Source of the DNA: a virus
Strand: one strand, 5' to 3'
Length of the DNA: 64,000 nucleotides
IMG/VR virus record: IMGVR_UViG_3300000976_000010
In this document: positions 1 to 10,204 of the stretch, one piece after another
Position numbering within the stretch: position 1 is the stretch's first letter
How the letters are laid out: every line of letters begins with the position of its first letter
Notes under the pieces: generated by a model
What the model was told of the DNA's origin: nothing
Database searches by the model: none
The model's input: the letters and a program-made list of their open reading frames with translations, nothing else
Translations under genes and position numbers: made by a program

Positions 1-602
1 ACAAACACATACAGTAAAATATATACAATTAAATGAATAATAAAGCCCTCAATTGTCGTTTTAATAACTGCCTTGGTTGTTCCAAAATAGGTAGGGTATA
101 GTGTTACTATCACACATCTCAATTCTTCACTTTGAATATAACCTCTCAATTCAGACAATTCGTTTGCGTTCATCTTATTTGCTGTGATGTCTATTTTAGA
201 GGCATACATATTACCTGCACCACCCTCTATAAATCTTGAGTGTATTTCATTGCTCATAAAAGTTTGAACAGATGATACCAATTTTGAATCTTTCCAAGAT
301 AACATTTCTGCCGAAGCGTAATGGTATATGCGTAAAAAAGTTCCATCATGCTCTGCGTTATAATCCTCTAATACCTTTCCCAACACACCATCTTCATTTA
401 TAACCCTCTTCATACCATCCAATTGTTCATGAAAAGTTTTCCATGATTGAAGAGCTACAAATAAGCCAAATAGAGGAAACGAGTAAATATAATTTCTAAG
501 TAATTTAGGATCTCTGTGTGTTATTAAGCCATGTACAAATAATTGATTGGAGAATGGCTGTTTAACATATCCTTTTTTACCATCTTCATTATTATTTTTC
601 AT
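1..602 (-). CDS. Hypothetical protein with hydrophobic segments, truncated by the window edge (not in ORF track)
   Basis: ATG at 602 (MKNNNEDGKKGYVKQPF...) reads open to base 1 and ends in ...EGFIIHLIVYIFTVCV; it follows the 607-1374 gene in the same orientation. Confidence 0.65.
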   Translation of the reverse strand, partial: MKNNNEDGKKGYVKQPFSNQLFVHGLITHRDPKLLRNYIYSFPLFGLFVALQSWKTFHEQLDGMKRVINEDGVLGKVLEDYNAEHDGTFLRIYHYASAEMLSWKDSKLVSSVQTFMSNEIHSRFIEGGAGNMYASKIDITANKMNANELSELRGYIQSEELRCVIVTLYPTYFGTTKAVIKTTIEGFIIHLIVYILLYVF

Positions 603-606
603 ACTA

Positions 607-1374
607 CTATTTAACGGTGAATGAATCTGTGCTACTGTTCCCATCCGCATCGGACACTTTGGTAATAACGGTTACACCCTTAATAACGTTTTTGACATCT
701 AAATCGTTGTTATTTAAAAAATCAGTCTCAGAGCCTTTCGATGATGTGCTATAGCCATGCCCACCACTCCTCAAATCATAAAATCCGAAATTGGCATAGT
801 TCCCTAGAACGGTTATGCTTGTTCTTATTGTAGGGTACATGTCTTCATACTCATCCCCATTTCCTATTTTGAAGTCTATGTCAAGATTTGAAATATCTAT
901 AAACATCAAAGCTTCATTCATCATACCATCAGAATCAAAGCTTATTGGAATGGTTGTGCTAGTAAATGCTTCTTGTAAATACTGTATAAATTGCATAACC
1001 TTTAAGGAGTCGGGTAGTGTGAAAAGCACATCCAATTCTATCTCATAGCCCATCACTTTCATCGGCCGTGTTTTTTTTGAGCTAGTTCCATGTACCGATA
1101 TTTTGTATTGGCTATCTTGTCTGCCCAAGCTTCTTTTGCTTTCGGGATATTTAACGGACTTGATAGACATTTTACAAGATGGGACTCTTTCAATGAGGTA
1201 TTCCTCAGCCTCGTTTAAGCCTTCGTCTTTTGAAAGATATACCTTGTCTCCTGTGCCTCTTAAAAATACAGGAAACCCATCTTTAAATGCGTACCTACCG
1301 TAAAACATTAAATAATTGGAAGTTGTGTTAACAACAGATGTAATACAATTTTGGATAACATTTAATTCATTCAT
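607..1374 (-). CDS. Probable tail terminator/sheath stabiliser (T4 gp15-like)
   Basis: 255 aa; VPSCKMSIKSVKYPESKRS followed by YEIELDVLF..MQFIQYLQEAF resembles the gp15 pattern; virion-gene context. Confidence 0.45.
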   Translation of the reverse strand: MNELNVIQNCITSVVNTTSNYLMFYGRYAFKDGFPVFLRGTGDKVYLSKDEGLNEAEEYLIERVPSCKMSIKSVKYPESKRSLGRQDSQYKISVHGTSSKKTRPMKVMGYEIELDVLFTLPDSLKVMQFIQYLQEAFTSTTIPISFDSDGMMNEALMFIDISNLDIDFKIGNGDEYEDMYPTIRTSITVLGNYANFGFYDLRSGGHGYSTSSKGSETDFLNNNDLDVKNVIKGVTVITKVSDADGNSSTDSFTVK

Positions 1375-1382
1375 GGGATACT

Positions 1383-1784
1383 CTATGTATTAATGCCTCT
1401 CTTAAAAAAGTTTTGTAATTCAAGTGGGAGACTATCGAAGAATTTTTTACATTTATCGTAATCTATGTCCAAGGTTTCAGTTATTATATGAAATAGTTGA
1501 GCAGTGGAAAGATTAGTCTTTAGCCGAACTGCTGTTTGTGTGATATAAAATTGTATATTGCTATTGCTTATATTTGGATGCGATTTTTTATAAGACTCGG
1601 ATAAATCCCACAAATGAGTTTCGACTCGTTCCATTTCTCTCTTTTCTATAGAGTCATATTCATTTCCACTGCTCAAGTTTAGTAGAGTTAATCTACTCTC
1701 ATTTCTCTCTGCTCCTTGTGGTGCTTCGTGGAATCTATTGCTTAGATCGTCTAAACGCTTCTTTCCATCGTTTTTGTGTGCCAT
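1383..1784 (-). CDS. Hypothetical protein
   Basis: 133-aa ORF preceded by a GTACATA motif. Confidence 0.6.
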   Translation of the reverse strand: MAHKNDGKKRLDDLSNRFHEAPQGAERNESRLTLLNLSSGNEYDSIEKREMERVETHLWDLSESYKKSHPNISNSNIQFYITQTAVRLKTNLSTAQLFHIITETLDIDYDKCKKFFDSLPLELQNFFKRGINT

Positions 1785-1809
1785 TTTATTTTATTATTAT
1801 GTGTTATTG

Positions 1810-1816
1810 TATGTAC
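1810..1816 (-). promoter_or_regulatory. Candidate phage late promoter (GTACATA)
   Basis: GTACATA 25 nt upstream of ATG 1784. Confidence 0.5.
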
Positions 1817-3595
1817 CTACTCCATCGTTGATGTGTGTACTATTCTTTTATATTCATAGCCAAGCCTTTCTTTAAGTGTTTTTAATCTGTGGAATTGATG
1901 ATTGTACAAATACCCGTGTTTTTTAGTTGTGTAGTCGCTCTCAGCATATTTTCGGTTTGTTTTAGAAGGGGAAGCCCAAAGCTTAGTAGACCAATCATGT
2001 ATAAATACTAATGGTATATCGGAATGTTTTCGTATAATCCTACCAAAGGACTGCATGAATCTTACACTTTCCTTACACGAAGAGTAGAAGTGCATTCTAT
2101 GGAGTTTTTTAATAGACACACCAACTGACATCAATTGATAATTGGATACTAATATAACACCCTCTCCGTTCTCTAATCTATTCATTATTATTGGTCTATC
2201 TTCTGCTTTTACGCCCCCATGGAAGATTATTACCTCTCTACCAATACCTTTCAATTCTTCTTCTAATTTATATAAGTCTTTGAGATTGTCCACAAAAACG
2301 AGTTGGTTTTCTTTTGGGGGGTGCGATTGTATGTTTTGCAGTATTGTGTTTTTATAAGCTTCTGAAACAGACCAATACATTTTACTGAAATTATAAGCAA
2401 GCGATTCATTATACTTTACGATTTTATAATCGGTCTTTTTACTTATGCTATCATCTTTGCGATTGGCTACGGATTTCAGTATTTTTTTATCTCCCAATGC
2501 CCAATATTTATCCTTGTATATTCTCTTAACTATTATATTTTTTGGTAGTGTTTCTATAAAATTATTATGGTTGAAAAAGGTAGCCACATTACCATTTAAT
2601 ACCTTTGATTTATACTGTTCCATTTTCGATTCAAACTTCTTGGTGTCTATTTCTCCTATTTCTATAACATGAGCTTCGTATATATGTTTTGCGGATTGTC
2701 CTGCATCCTCAAGCTCGCGCGCACTAGCCCTATACATAATAGTACCCAAATGATTATCCATGAGAAGTGATTTAGCCCCTTTTATATGTGGGCTTCCCGT
2801 GTATCCGAATTTGGACTTTATATTAGCGCAAGAATTTAGTATTTTTAAATAATCACTGTCTTTTTTATAATGTCCGTCTCCAATCATAGTATGACATTCA
2901 TCAAAAATAATATAGTCGATTTCATCAAAAAAAGTCTTGCAATTCTCGTAATCGGGGTGACTCTTATTCTTGGATTTAATTGCCATGTTGCGAAGTGAAG
3001 CAGCATTACCTATTATAATATTACTTTTATTTCGCTCGGATTTATTATATATAGTGTCCACCTTAAATTCACCGCCTAGCATATCTAAAACGTGCGCTTT
3101 TAAGAATTGAGAATTCTCATAAAAGTTACTTCTCATCTGTGTAGCTAACGTGACTTTTGGGACAACAATCAAAGTCTTATAGCCCTTAATAGCCCTCATA
3201 AGGCAAAATAAATAAGAAATGAATGATTTGCCTGCATTCATACTTAGATCAAACCTGCCGAATTTCAACTCAAGCATTAAATGCAAGGTTTCGGCTTGCC
3301 AATACAATAATGAATATTGAAGACCAAAAGATTCTAGAGCCTTAAGCATTTTTTCTTTATCGACCCGCCTCCTAAGTACGCCTGAATTTTTAATTTGAAG
3401 ATTATTAATTCCGCTTAACCGCTTTAATAAAGTACATGGGATGTACTTCCCATTCATGCAATTGGTGGTTACATAATACCCTTCTCCACTAGGAATGTAG
3501 GTGTTTTCGGTTAACAATTTAAGGGTATTGGAATATTCGTCCTTATTTGCCTTAATTATTTTTGCTCGATCTTTATCAATCACTTTTAGTATCAT
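1817..3595 (-). CDS. uvsW: SF2 DNA helicase, UvsW-like
   Basis: Walker A SMNAGKS, Walker B IIFDECH, motif III GYTGSP, motif VI QSFGRIIR. Confidence 0.85.
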   Translation of the reverse strand: MILKVIDKDRAKIIKANKDEYSNTLKLLTENTYIPSGEGYYVTTNCMNGKYIPCTLLKRLSGINNLQIKNSGVLRRRVDKEKMLKALESFGLQYSLLYWQAETLHLMLELKFGRFDLSMNAGKSFISYLFCLMRAIKGYKTLIVVPKVTLATQMRSNFYENSQFLKAHVLDMLGGEFKVDTIYNKSERNKSNIIIGNAASLRNMAIKSKNKSHPDYENCKTFFDEIDYIIFDECHTMIGDGHYKKDSDYLKILNSCANIKSKFGYTGSPHIKGAKSLLMDNHLGTIMYRASARELEDAGQSAKHIYEAHVIEIGEIDTKKFESKMEQYKSKVLNGNVATFFNHNNFIETLPKNIIVKRIYKDKYWALGDKKILKSVANRKDDSISKKTDYKIVKYNESLAYNFSKMYWSVSEAYKNTILQNIQSHPPKENQLVFVDNLKDLYKLEEELKGIGREVIIFHGGVKAEDRPIIMNRLENGEGVILVSNYQLMSVGVSIKKLHRMHFYSSCKESVRFMQSFGRIIRKHSDIPLVFIHDWSTKLWASPSKTNRKYAESDYTTKKHGYLYNHQFHRLKTLKERLGYEYKRIVHTSTME

Positions 3596-3904
3596 TAAAT
3601 GATAACGCTAAAGTTGATGTTTTGTTTAATTGAATAGTATTATTTTTTTTTGTTTATATAGTAAACACACTCTATTCACACTAAAATTTACTGCATATAG
3701 TGTTGATTTTAAAGGAGAAATCAATAGAACGCTATAATTATTTTTCTATGAAAAATGTATAATTCATCAATACTTTAATAACAAGTGGTTGGGATAAGAC
3801 TCATTTTAATGAAAGAGGTTTAAATGCCCATTAATGAGCACTATATTTATTCTTTTTTTTAAATAAAAAACCTCTATAATTTAAATGATAATCAACCAAT
3901 TGTA

Positions 3905-3956
3905 ACACTTTGCTGTAATAGAGAATTTGGCTAAAAATCCTATTACAGCAAAGTGT
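3905..3956. repeat. Perfect 17-bp inverted repeat in a 495-bp divergent intergenic region
   Basis: ACACTTTGCTGTAATAG-N18-CTATTACAGCAAAGTGT. Confidence 0.85.
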
Positions 3957-4069
3957 CTACTTTGAGCGTTGTTTAGCTCAATAATCAACATAAATTCATT
4001 ATTCACGCTTTTGTTAAAAAAAATGTACATACACACTTTGAAATTATTTATTCAATGTGGTCATAATAG

Positions 4070-4076
4070 GTACATA
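4070..4076 (+). promoter_or_regulatory. Candidate phage late promoter (GTACATA) for the operon leading to the endolysin
   Basis: GTACATA 14 nt upstream of ATG 4091; a second copy at 4025-4031. Confidence 0.5.
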
Positions 4077-4090
4077 TTAAAAACTATATA

Positions 4091-4294
4091 ATGAAAAGTA
4101 ATAATAAGTTTTCGCACCTACAGAAAAACAAAGCATCAAGAGAGATTGCTTGGACGGATAATATATTAACATCAAAATTACCTAAAAGAGCATTCACTAA
4201 CCCAACCACCTCTATGTTTATTCTCCACATAGAAAACTTTATAAAGCCGATTTATCAAAATGTTGACCTGATTAAAAATTGGTGGAAAGTGTAA
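4091..4294 (+). CDS. Hypothetical protein
   Basis: 67-aa ORF with an A-rich leader. Confidence 0.5.
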   Translation: MKSNNKFSHLQKNKASREIAWTDNILTSKLPKRAFTNPTTSMFILHIENFIKPIYQNVDLIKNWWKV

Positions 4295-4337
4295 AAATGC
4301 GTTATATGTTTATTAATTTAACAAAAAAATATATTTT

Positions 4338-4670
4338 ATGCCTATAGTAAGATATGAACACAGAATAAACAACACTGTATTAACACCTGATTCTCCTGTA
4401 ACCGAGCAGCATATCAATAGCCTAGTTGCAAATGAAATGGGGCGACACTTAATGGATAATGGGTTTATTAAAATGGAGATACTTCCAAAATATGATACTT
4501 CGAGCGATTATGAAACTAAACTTTATCAACTGCGTATATTAAGCGATGAAGTTTACTATAAAACACTAAGGGGGCTATTGGATTTAAGAGACGAATTGAA
4601 TTTAAGACATTTAGATAAATCTATTCTAGACCAAGTTAAAGACTTGATTGAATTGTTAAGAAATTGTTAA
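4338..4670 (+). CDS. Hypothetical protein
   Basis: 110-aa ORF tightly packed with its neighbours. Confidence 0.65.
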   Translation: MPIVRYEHRINNTVLTPDSPVTEQHINSLVANEMGRHLMDNGFIKMEILPKYDTSSDYETKLYQLRILSDEVYYKTLRGLLDLRDELNLRHLDKSILDQVKDLIELLRNC

Positions 4671-4671
4671 T

Positions 4672-5004
4672 ATGAAAATTAGTAGAAAGGGCGTTGACTT
4701 AGAAAGGTTAGTCGATTTAAACGACTTTGAAGAACTTATCATTACATGTAGAAGAGTGTGTAACACCCAAAAGCACGTAGATAAAGTAATAGAGCTTTTA
4801 TTTGATGGTCATATTGTGTTAGTGGAAAGTAGTCCGCAAGTTTCAAAAAGCTACAAGCAATCTAGTAGAATTCTAATGCGTAGAATTATAAGAAGGTTGG
4901 CCGAGGAATACAACATTCTATCTACAGGCAATAGGGATGCTGTTAAGTATTTGTTGAGCAATAACAAATCATGTATTGAATTGGTTAATTGGATTAATTA
5001 TTAA
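4672..5004 (+). CDS. Hypothetical protein
   Basis: 110-aa ORF starting 1 nt after the previous stop. Confidence 0.65.
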   Translation: MKISRKGVDLERLVDLNDFEELIITCRRVCNTQKHVDKVIELLFDGHIVLVESSPQVSKSYKQSSRILMRRIIRRLAEEYNILSTGNRDAVKYLLSNNKSCIELVNWINY

Positions 5005-5062
5005 TAAAAAATATCACCTCGTTGAACCCAACGGGTTGATATTTTTTAGCAAAAATAGAAAC

Positions 5063-5974
5063 ATGGAAAAAAGTACAGTAAAGGACATACAGAAAAAGTT
5101 GAATTCTGTATTAGGCATTAATTTGATTGTAGACGGGGGCTATGGACGAAAAAGCAAAAACGCGGTTAGAAAATTTCAGAGAAAATACGACTTACATGTA
5201 GATGGTGTGGTGGGTGTCAAAACACTGAATAAGCTAAACTTTTTATATGAAAGGGGGTATAGTAAAGACTCGGAACTATTGAATTTTAACAAGAGTAGAT
5301 TTGTTGTTTTTGTTGATGCAGGACATGGTGGAATAGACGATAATGGAAAATACACCACATCGGGTAAACGTGCATACCACAAAAATTCAAATTTACATGA
5401 TGGCGGCAATTATTATGAAGGACATGAAAATAGGATTGTCGCGGAAAGTTTTATAGAAGAATGTTCTAAATTGGGCATAATGTGCATAAGAACATACCAC
5501 CCCTATAAAGACACTTCGTTAAAAGAGCGCGTAGAATTGATTAGGGGCTATCTAAATAGAGGGTATTATGGATACCTACACTCATTTCATACTAATGCTA
5601 TTTCTTCTAAAAATAGTCCTTCAACGTTGGAAAATACGGTCGGTTTTTGTGTATACACAACTCTAGGAAACACATTATCTGATAAAATATCGCAAACGCA
5701 TTTCAATAATGTTACAAACATTGTTGGAAAGGGTAATTGGAAATTTAGGACACAGTCAGTTGATGGGGATTCTGATTATGAGGCCGATTTTTATATACTC
5801 AGAAAAACTGATAACGCACACTCCCCCAATTTTGGTGCAATATTAGATGAATGGGGCTTTCATACCTCAAAAAAAGATTGCGAATTTATTGTTGACCAAA
5901 AAAACAGAGATAAGCATGTCTCGGCTTCGATAAAAACAGCAATTTGGACAAAAAATTTGATGGAAAACTTGTGA
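5063..5974 (+). CDS. Endolysin: peptidoglycan-binding domain + N-acetylmuramoyl-L-alanine amidase (Amidase_3)
   Basis: N-terminal VDGGYGRKSKNAVRKFQRKYDLHVDGVVG (PG_binding_1); Zn-amidase motifs DAGHGG, YYEGHEN, SFHTNA, LDEWGF; start moved to ATG 5063. Confidence 0.9.
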   Translation: MEKSTVKDIQKKLNSVLGINLIVDGGYGRKSKNAVRKFQRKYDLHVDGVVGVKTLNKLNFLYERGYSKDSELLNFNKSRFVVFVDAGHGGIDDNGKYTTSGKRAYHKNSNLHDGGNYYEGHENRIVAESFIEECSKLGIMCIRTYHPYKDTSLKERVELIRGYLNRGYYGYLHSFHTNAISSKNSPSTLENTVGFCVYTTLGNTLSDKISQTHFNNVTNIVGKGNWKFRTQSVDGDSDYEADFYILRKTDNAHSPNFGAILDEWGFHTSKKDCEFIVDQKNRDKHVSASIKTAIWTKNLMENL

Positions 5975-5999
5975 TTGCGGATAAATTTTATTATATTTA
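5968..5999 (+). promoter_or_regulatory. Bacteroidota sigma-type (host RNAP) promoter
   Basis: CTTG-N20-TATATTTA, close to the TTTG-N19-21-TAnnTTTG consensus, upstream of 6027. Confidence 0.5.
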
Positions 6000-6026
6000 C
6001 ATAAACTAAAACTTAATTGGATAATT

Positions 6027-6254
6027 ATGGAAGATAAAGTTTATGCGTTTCAATATAATCCCTGTATATATGAAAGTGGTTATTGTACCATAAGCTTGCA
6101 TAAGACATGTAAAGGTGCTTATCAAGCAATGAGAACTTTTATTTTAAGAGAATATAACATTTGGCGTGAAAACGGGATTAGACGAGGCAAGCAACCGTTT
6201 AAGCATGGTGCTTTTGAAGATTGGCGTATGATCGTACTCCCTATTTATGAATAA
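6027..6254 (+). CDS. Hypothetical protein
   Basis: 75-aa ORF after a host-type promoter. Confidence 0.6.
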   Translation: MEDKVYAFQYNPCIYESGYCTISLHKTCKGAYQAMRTFILREYNIWRENGIRRGKQPFKHGAFEDWRMIVLPIYE

Positions 6255-6291
6255 ATAATAAAACTTAAATTTTTTAAATAAGATAGAAAAA

Positions 6292-7081
6292 ATGACACTA
6301 AGAGACTTGATTTTAAGATATGGCATTGAAAAGATTAATACACTTACCAAATATCCATCAATACTAACCCTACACAAATTGGGAAAATAGGGGGTTATTG
6401 AGTGATAATTTGAATTACGATATTAATTTGGATGATTCATGGTTTATAACAGAAAGATTGATGGGGCGAATGCAAGAATTATACTTTTAGGTGATGAGCA
6501 TTTAATTGGATCAAGAAAAGAGATTCTAACACACTCTGATGACTTAATATATAACTCAGCTTTGGGGATCGTGGACGGTTTACAAAAAATGATTAATATA
6601 CCCAAATCATTTGACAAACTTACTATTGTTTACGGTGAGTTTTATGGCGGTAAAGTATCAAAGGCTTCTAAGCAGTATGGAAATTCGGAAGATTTGGGAT
6701 TTCGCGTCTTTGACGTTTCTGTTATAGATGATTTTTCAATTTTAGAAAGTGATATTAAGTCTATTTCCAATCACAGAAAACACAAATTTGGTAATGGACT
6801 AGTTTATGGGAATCCGTTTTTATCACCCGTTGATTTGACCAATTTCTGCCAAAACACACAAACTTGATAGGGTTTCTGATGTAAACCTAGACTTAAAAGA
6901 TTTCGACCATGATAGCATTTTAAAAAGTCTAGAAATTGCGCTCCCACAAACATTAGTCGCCTTATCTGATAGCGCAAAAATGAAATCAGAGGGGTGTATT
7001 TTAAGAAATGGAGATAGGACTATTATTGCTAAATTGAGATTCGAGGATTACCAAAGAACATTGAAAAGAAATGGAAGATGA
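6292..7081 (+). pseudogene. RNA ligase (Rnl2-like nucleotidyltransferase) gene broken by three frameshifts
   Basis: Fragments in different frames join to KINTLTKYPSILTLHKLG / RGLLSD..WFITE / KIDGANARII..GEFYG..FRVFDV / ..KSEGCILRNGDRTIIAKLRFEDYQRTLK; breaks near 6385 (A run), 6455 (A run) and 6855 (CA run). Confidence 0.75.
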
Positions 7082-7498
7082 AGATAATTCATTAAGAGAA
7101 AAAATTGCTAGATAGTTTTTAAGGAGTGGTGATAAAATACTAGGAATTAAACAGGATAGAGTACAAAAAATGTTAATGGGTATATAAATTTACCACTTAA
7201 AATCCCCCATTAATCGCTCCTTTGTTGAATTATCATCACCTAGCCAAAATTTTAGATATAAGCTGCCTATAGAGGAGAAGTATCATTAACTCTCAGAATT
7301 CCGTTTAACGAAGAATCCAACGCGGTATGTATTTTCATTCTATCGTATCAGAATGAATGTATAAGATATGGGATAACACATTTAGAATCACTAATTAAAG
7401 CCACATTGGGATTTATTGAAGCGTTTTAAAGTGAATAGATACAAAACATCAGGCATTTTCATGCAAGTTTTACATAAAATTAAATAAAATATTTAATC

Positions 7499-8206
7499 AT
7501 GAAATACTTAGGTAGTAAGAATAAATTAGCAAAACACATCCTTCCTATAATATTAAAAAATAGAAAGAAGGGTCAATATTATGTAGAACCCTTTGTTGGA
7601 GGTGCTAATTTAATTGATAAGGTTAGTGGGAATAGAATGGGCAATGATAGTAATGAATATATCATTGCACTATTAAAAGCATTGCAAAACGGGTGGTCTC
7701 CTCCTAAATATATCACAAAAGAAGAATACAATAGAGTTAAAAACAATAGAGCGAAATACCCAAAAGAACATGTTGGATATTTCGCCACGCAATTGGTATT
7801 TGGTGGTATTTGGTTTGGTTCATTCAGAAGAGATAATACAGGTAAAAGAATGTATGATATAGAAGCTTATAATAATGTAATGAAACAAGTGCCGAACCTC
7901 AAGGGTATAGATTTTTATTGTGGAGATTACAAAGATTTTTATATCCCTAATAATAGCATTATTTACTGTGACCCACCATACAAGGGTGCAAGACCTTATA
8001 TAGGTGGTAATAAAATACAACACTCAGAGTTTTGGGAATGGTGTAGAAATCTAGCCAAATGCGGTCATACTGTTTATGTATCAGAATATAATGCTCCGAT
8101 AGACTTCACTTGTGTATGGGAAAAGATTGTCAAAGTTAGTGGTAATAATATTACCGCTAAAAAGCCCCAAGACTCAATAGAAAAATTATTTACATACAAC
8201 ATATAA
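7499..8206 (+). CDS. DNA adenine methyltransferase (D12/Dam-like)
   Basis: MKYLGSKNKL, YVEPFVGG (SAM binding), YCDPPY (catalytic). Confidence 0.9.
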   Translation: MKYLGSKNKLAKHILPIILKNRKKGQYYVEPFVGGANLIDKVSGNRMGNDSNEYIIALLKALQNGWSPPKYITKEEYNRVKNNRAKYPKEHVGYFATQLVFGGIWFGSFRRDNTGKRMYDIEAYNNVMKQVPNLKGIDFYCGDYKDFYIPNNSIIYCDPPYKGARPYIGGNKIQHSEFWEWCRNLAKCGHTVYVSEYNAPIDFTCVWEKIVKVSGNNITAKKPQDSIEKLFTYNI

Positions 8207-8244
8207 GATGTTATTTTAAATTCGTATACAATCACTTTTAATTT

Positions 8245-8490
8245 ATGAAATGGACTGAAAATAACCCACCAATCGAAGGTATAAGTTTTTACAACCACAC
8301 TATAAGCGAAACACCAATCGGAAAAATTATAATAGAATGGAAAGCTTGGAAGGACAACATTAGCTATGACGTAATGATAGACGGTGAATGGATTGGTGTT
8401 GAATATGATTTGACAAAAGCTAAAGATATTGCACTATTATATATAAAGGAAAAGTCAGAAAATCTATTATCTTTTTTAAATTCGGACTAG
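8245..8490 (+). CDS. Hypothetical protein
   Basis: 81-aa ORF. Confidence 0.65.
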   Translation: MKWTENNPPIEGISFYNHTISETPIGKIIIEWKAWKDNISYDVMIDGEWIGVEYDLTKAKDIALLYIKEKSENLLSFLNSD

Positions 8491-8715
8491 TTTATCAACT
8501 TTAAGTGTGTTTTTTTTGGTGTCTTAATGGTTACTACAATAAGACACCCTCTCCTTTTATGTCGAATTCGAGGTGTATAAAAGGACTATATTGCTATTTA
8601 TGCGCTAAATCAAAAAAGTGGGATATGTTTAGCTAATAATTGTATCCAAAAATGAGATGGATGATAGCCAATATTGATACTAAAAGAAGTTCTCTTATGG
8701 GTTCAAAACTAAATC

Positions 8716-9444
8716 ATGAAAGTAAGTATAGAAGACCTTAACAACCTAGTAAGTACAGGGACAGCCGAAAATATTGAGTTGGCCTATATGCTCTGTGAGA
8801 GTCAGAGAATAGATTTTGATAGTCTTGAGAGTGTACAGAAATATGTTCCTATTATTAATTGGTTAAATAATTATCATCATGGTTATCAGGATATAAAAAT
8901 GGGATTAATTAAATGCCTTGGTTTAGAAGTGCTAGATTTAGAGTTCCGTATAACAGAAAAATTGCCTCACTCTTTAGGATTATTGAATACACTAAATGCT
9001 CTTTTTTTAGATGACAATTTTTTAACAAACTTGCCCGATTCATTGGGAGAACTGTTACTTTTAGAAATCCTTAGTCTAAGCGGTAACAAATTACTAAAGC
9101 TGCCCGAATCAATTGGAAACTTAACGAGCTTGGAGTCTCTTATATTGTACAATAACAGATTGATTGAGATCCCCGATTCAGTATGCAATCTATTAGAATT
9201 GGAAAATTTAAACTTAGGTAAAAATAGCTTGACGTTTTTGCCCAAATCCATAGGGAATTTAACCAATTTGAAAAGGTTAAGTCTATACAATAACAAATTA
9301 ATAAAACTGCCCGAATCACTTGGAAATTTAAAAAATATAACACGGTTAGACCTGCGCCAAAACCCTCTAGAATTAGGCGAATCTATGACTGCAAAGGTGA
9401 TAAGTAAACTAAAGTTGAGGGGTGTCAACATTGAATTAGATTAA
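8716..9444 (+). CDS. Leucine-rich repeat protein (LRR copy 1, intact)
   Basis: Repeated 23-aa units LxxLxLxxNxLxxLPESIGNL after a helical N-terminal domain; C-cap NPLEL. Confidence 0.95.
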   Translation: MKVSIEDLNNLVSTGTAENIELAYMLCESQRIDFDSLESVQKYVPIINWLNNYHHGYQDIKMGLIKCLGLEVLDLEFRITEKLPHSLGLLNTLNALFLDDNFLTNLPDSLGELLLLEILSLSGNKLLKLPESIGNLTSLESLILYNNRLIEIPDSVCNLLELENLNLGKNSLTFLPKSIGNLTNLKRLSLYNNKLIKLPESLGNLKNITRLDLRQNPLELGESMTAKVISKLKLRGVNIELD

Positions 9445-10106
9445 ACTTCAAAACGCACGAAGAATTGAACTATTTGGTAAAAAAGATTTATCCGAAACAA
9501 TGAGGTGGCATACATTCTTTGTGAGACTCAGGCTATAGATTTCCTTGAGGCATTAGAGTGTGTATAAGTATGTTCCTATTATTAATTAGTTGAGCAATTA
9601 CTCTGAAGGCCGTGGCGAGATTAAACTTCAATACCAAAGGCTATCAGACTTAAGAGCCTCGACTTAAGCAACAAAAAATAAAAGGCTTCCTGAATCAATT
9701 GGCACACTAACCAATCTTTTTTGGCTTGATTTAAGTGAAAATTATTTGGAGACCATCCCCGATCCATTCGCAAATTTGATAAATACGAAAGCACAATACT
9801 TAGAAAATAATGACACACAGCATTTTCATGAGGCAATTTTAAGCATAAACACATTAGAACTTTTAGTTCTGTCTAATAATATTATAACAACACTTCTATC
9901 TTCAATTGGTAATTTAAGCTGTATTAAAATATTAACTTAGGGAAAAATAAAATTGTAAATTTGTCCTTATCTATAATTAATTAAAAGGGTTAGAAGTTCT
10001 TTCATTGCACAATAGCCCATTAGACTTAACAGAACCGACGATACCGCGTGTGATAGATGAATTAGGGAATAAAAGGAAAGGGGGTGTTAATGTAACATTG
10101 TATTAG
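9445..10106 (+). pseudogene. Decayed tandem paralogue of LRR copy 1 (copy 2)
   Basis: Fragments EVAYILCETQAIDF, KYVPIIN*LSNY, LPESIGTLTNLFWLDLSENYLETIPD, PLDLTEPT..VI, GGVNVTLY*; multiple stops and frameshifts; tatgttcctattattaat identical to copy 1. Confidence 0.8.
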
Positions 10107-10145
10107 AGACATCGCTAAATTTATTTTTAACTTTTTTTTCAATAG

Positions 10146-10177
10146 CTTGGTCGATTCACTTTTTAGCCTTATATTGT
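10146..10177 (+). promoter_or_regulatory. Bacteroidota sigma-type promoter
   Basis: CTTG-N20-TATATTGT upstream of ATG 10205. Confidence 0.45.
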
Positions 10178-10204
10178 GGTATTAATAAACACAACAACAA
10201 AATA

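Noticed and set aside
8967-9431. Antisense ORFs over LRR genes (also 25535-26074, 53773-53982, 54930-55283)
   Set aside because: Antisense shadows of repetitive LRR codons, with no independent start context
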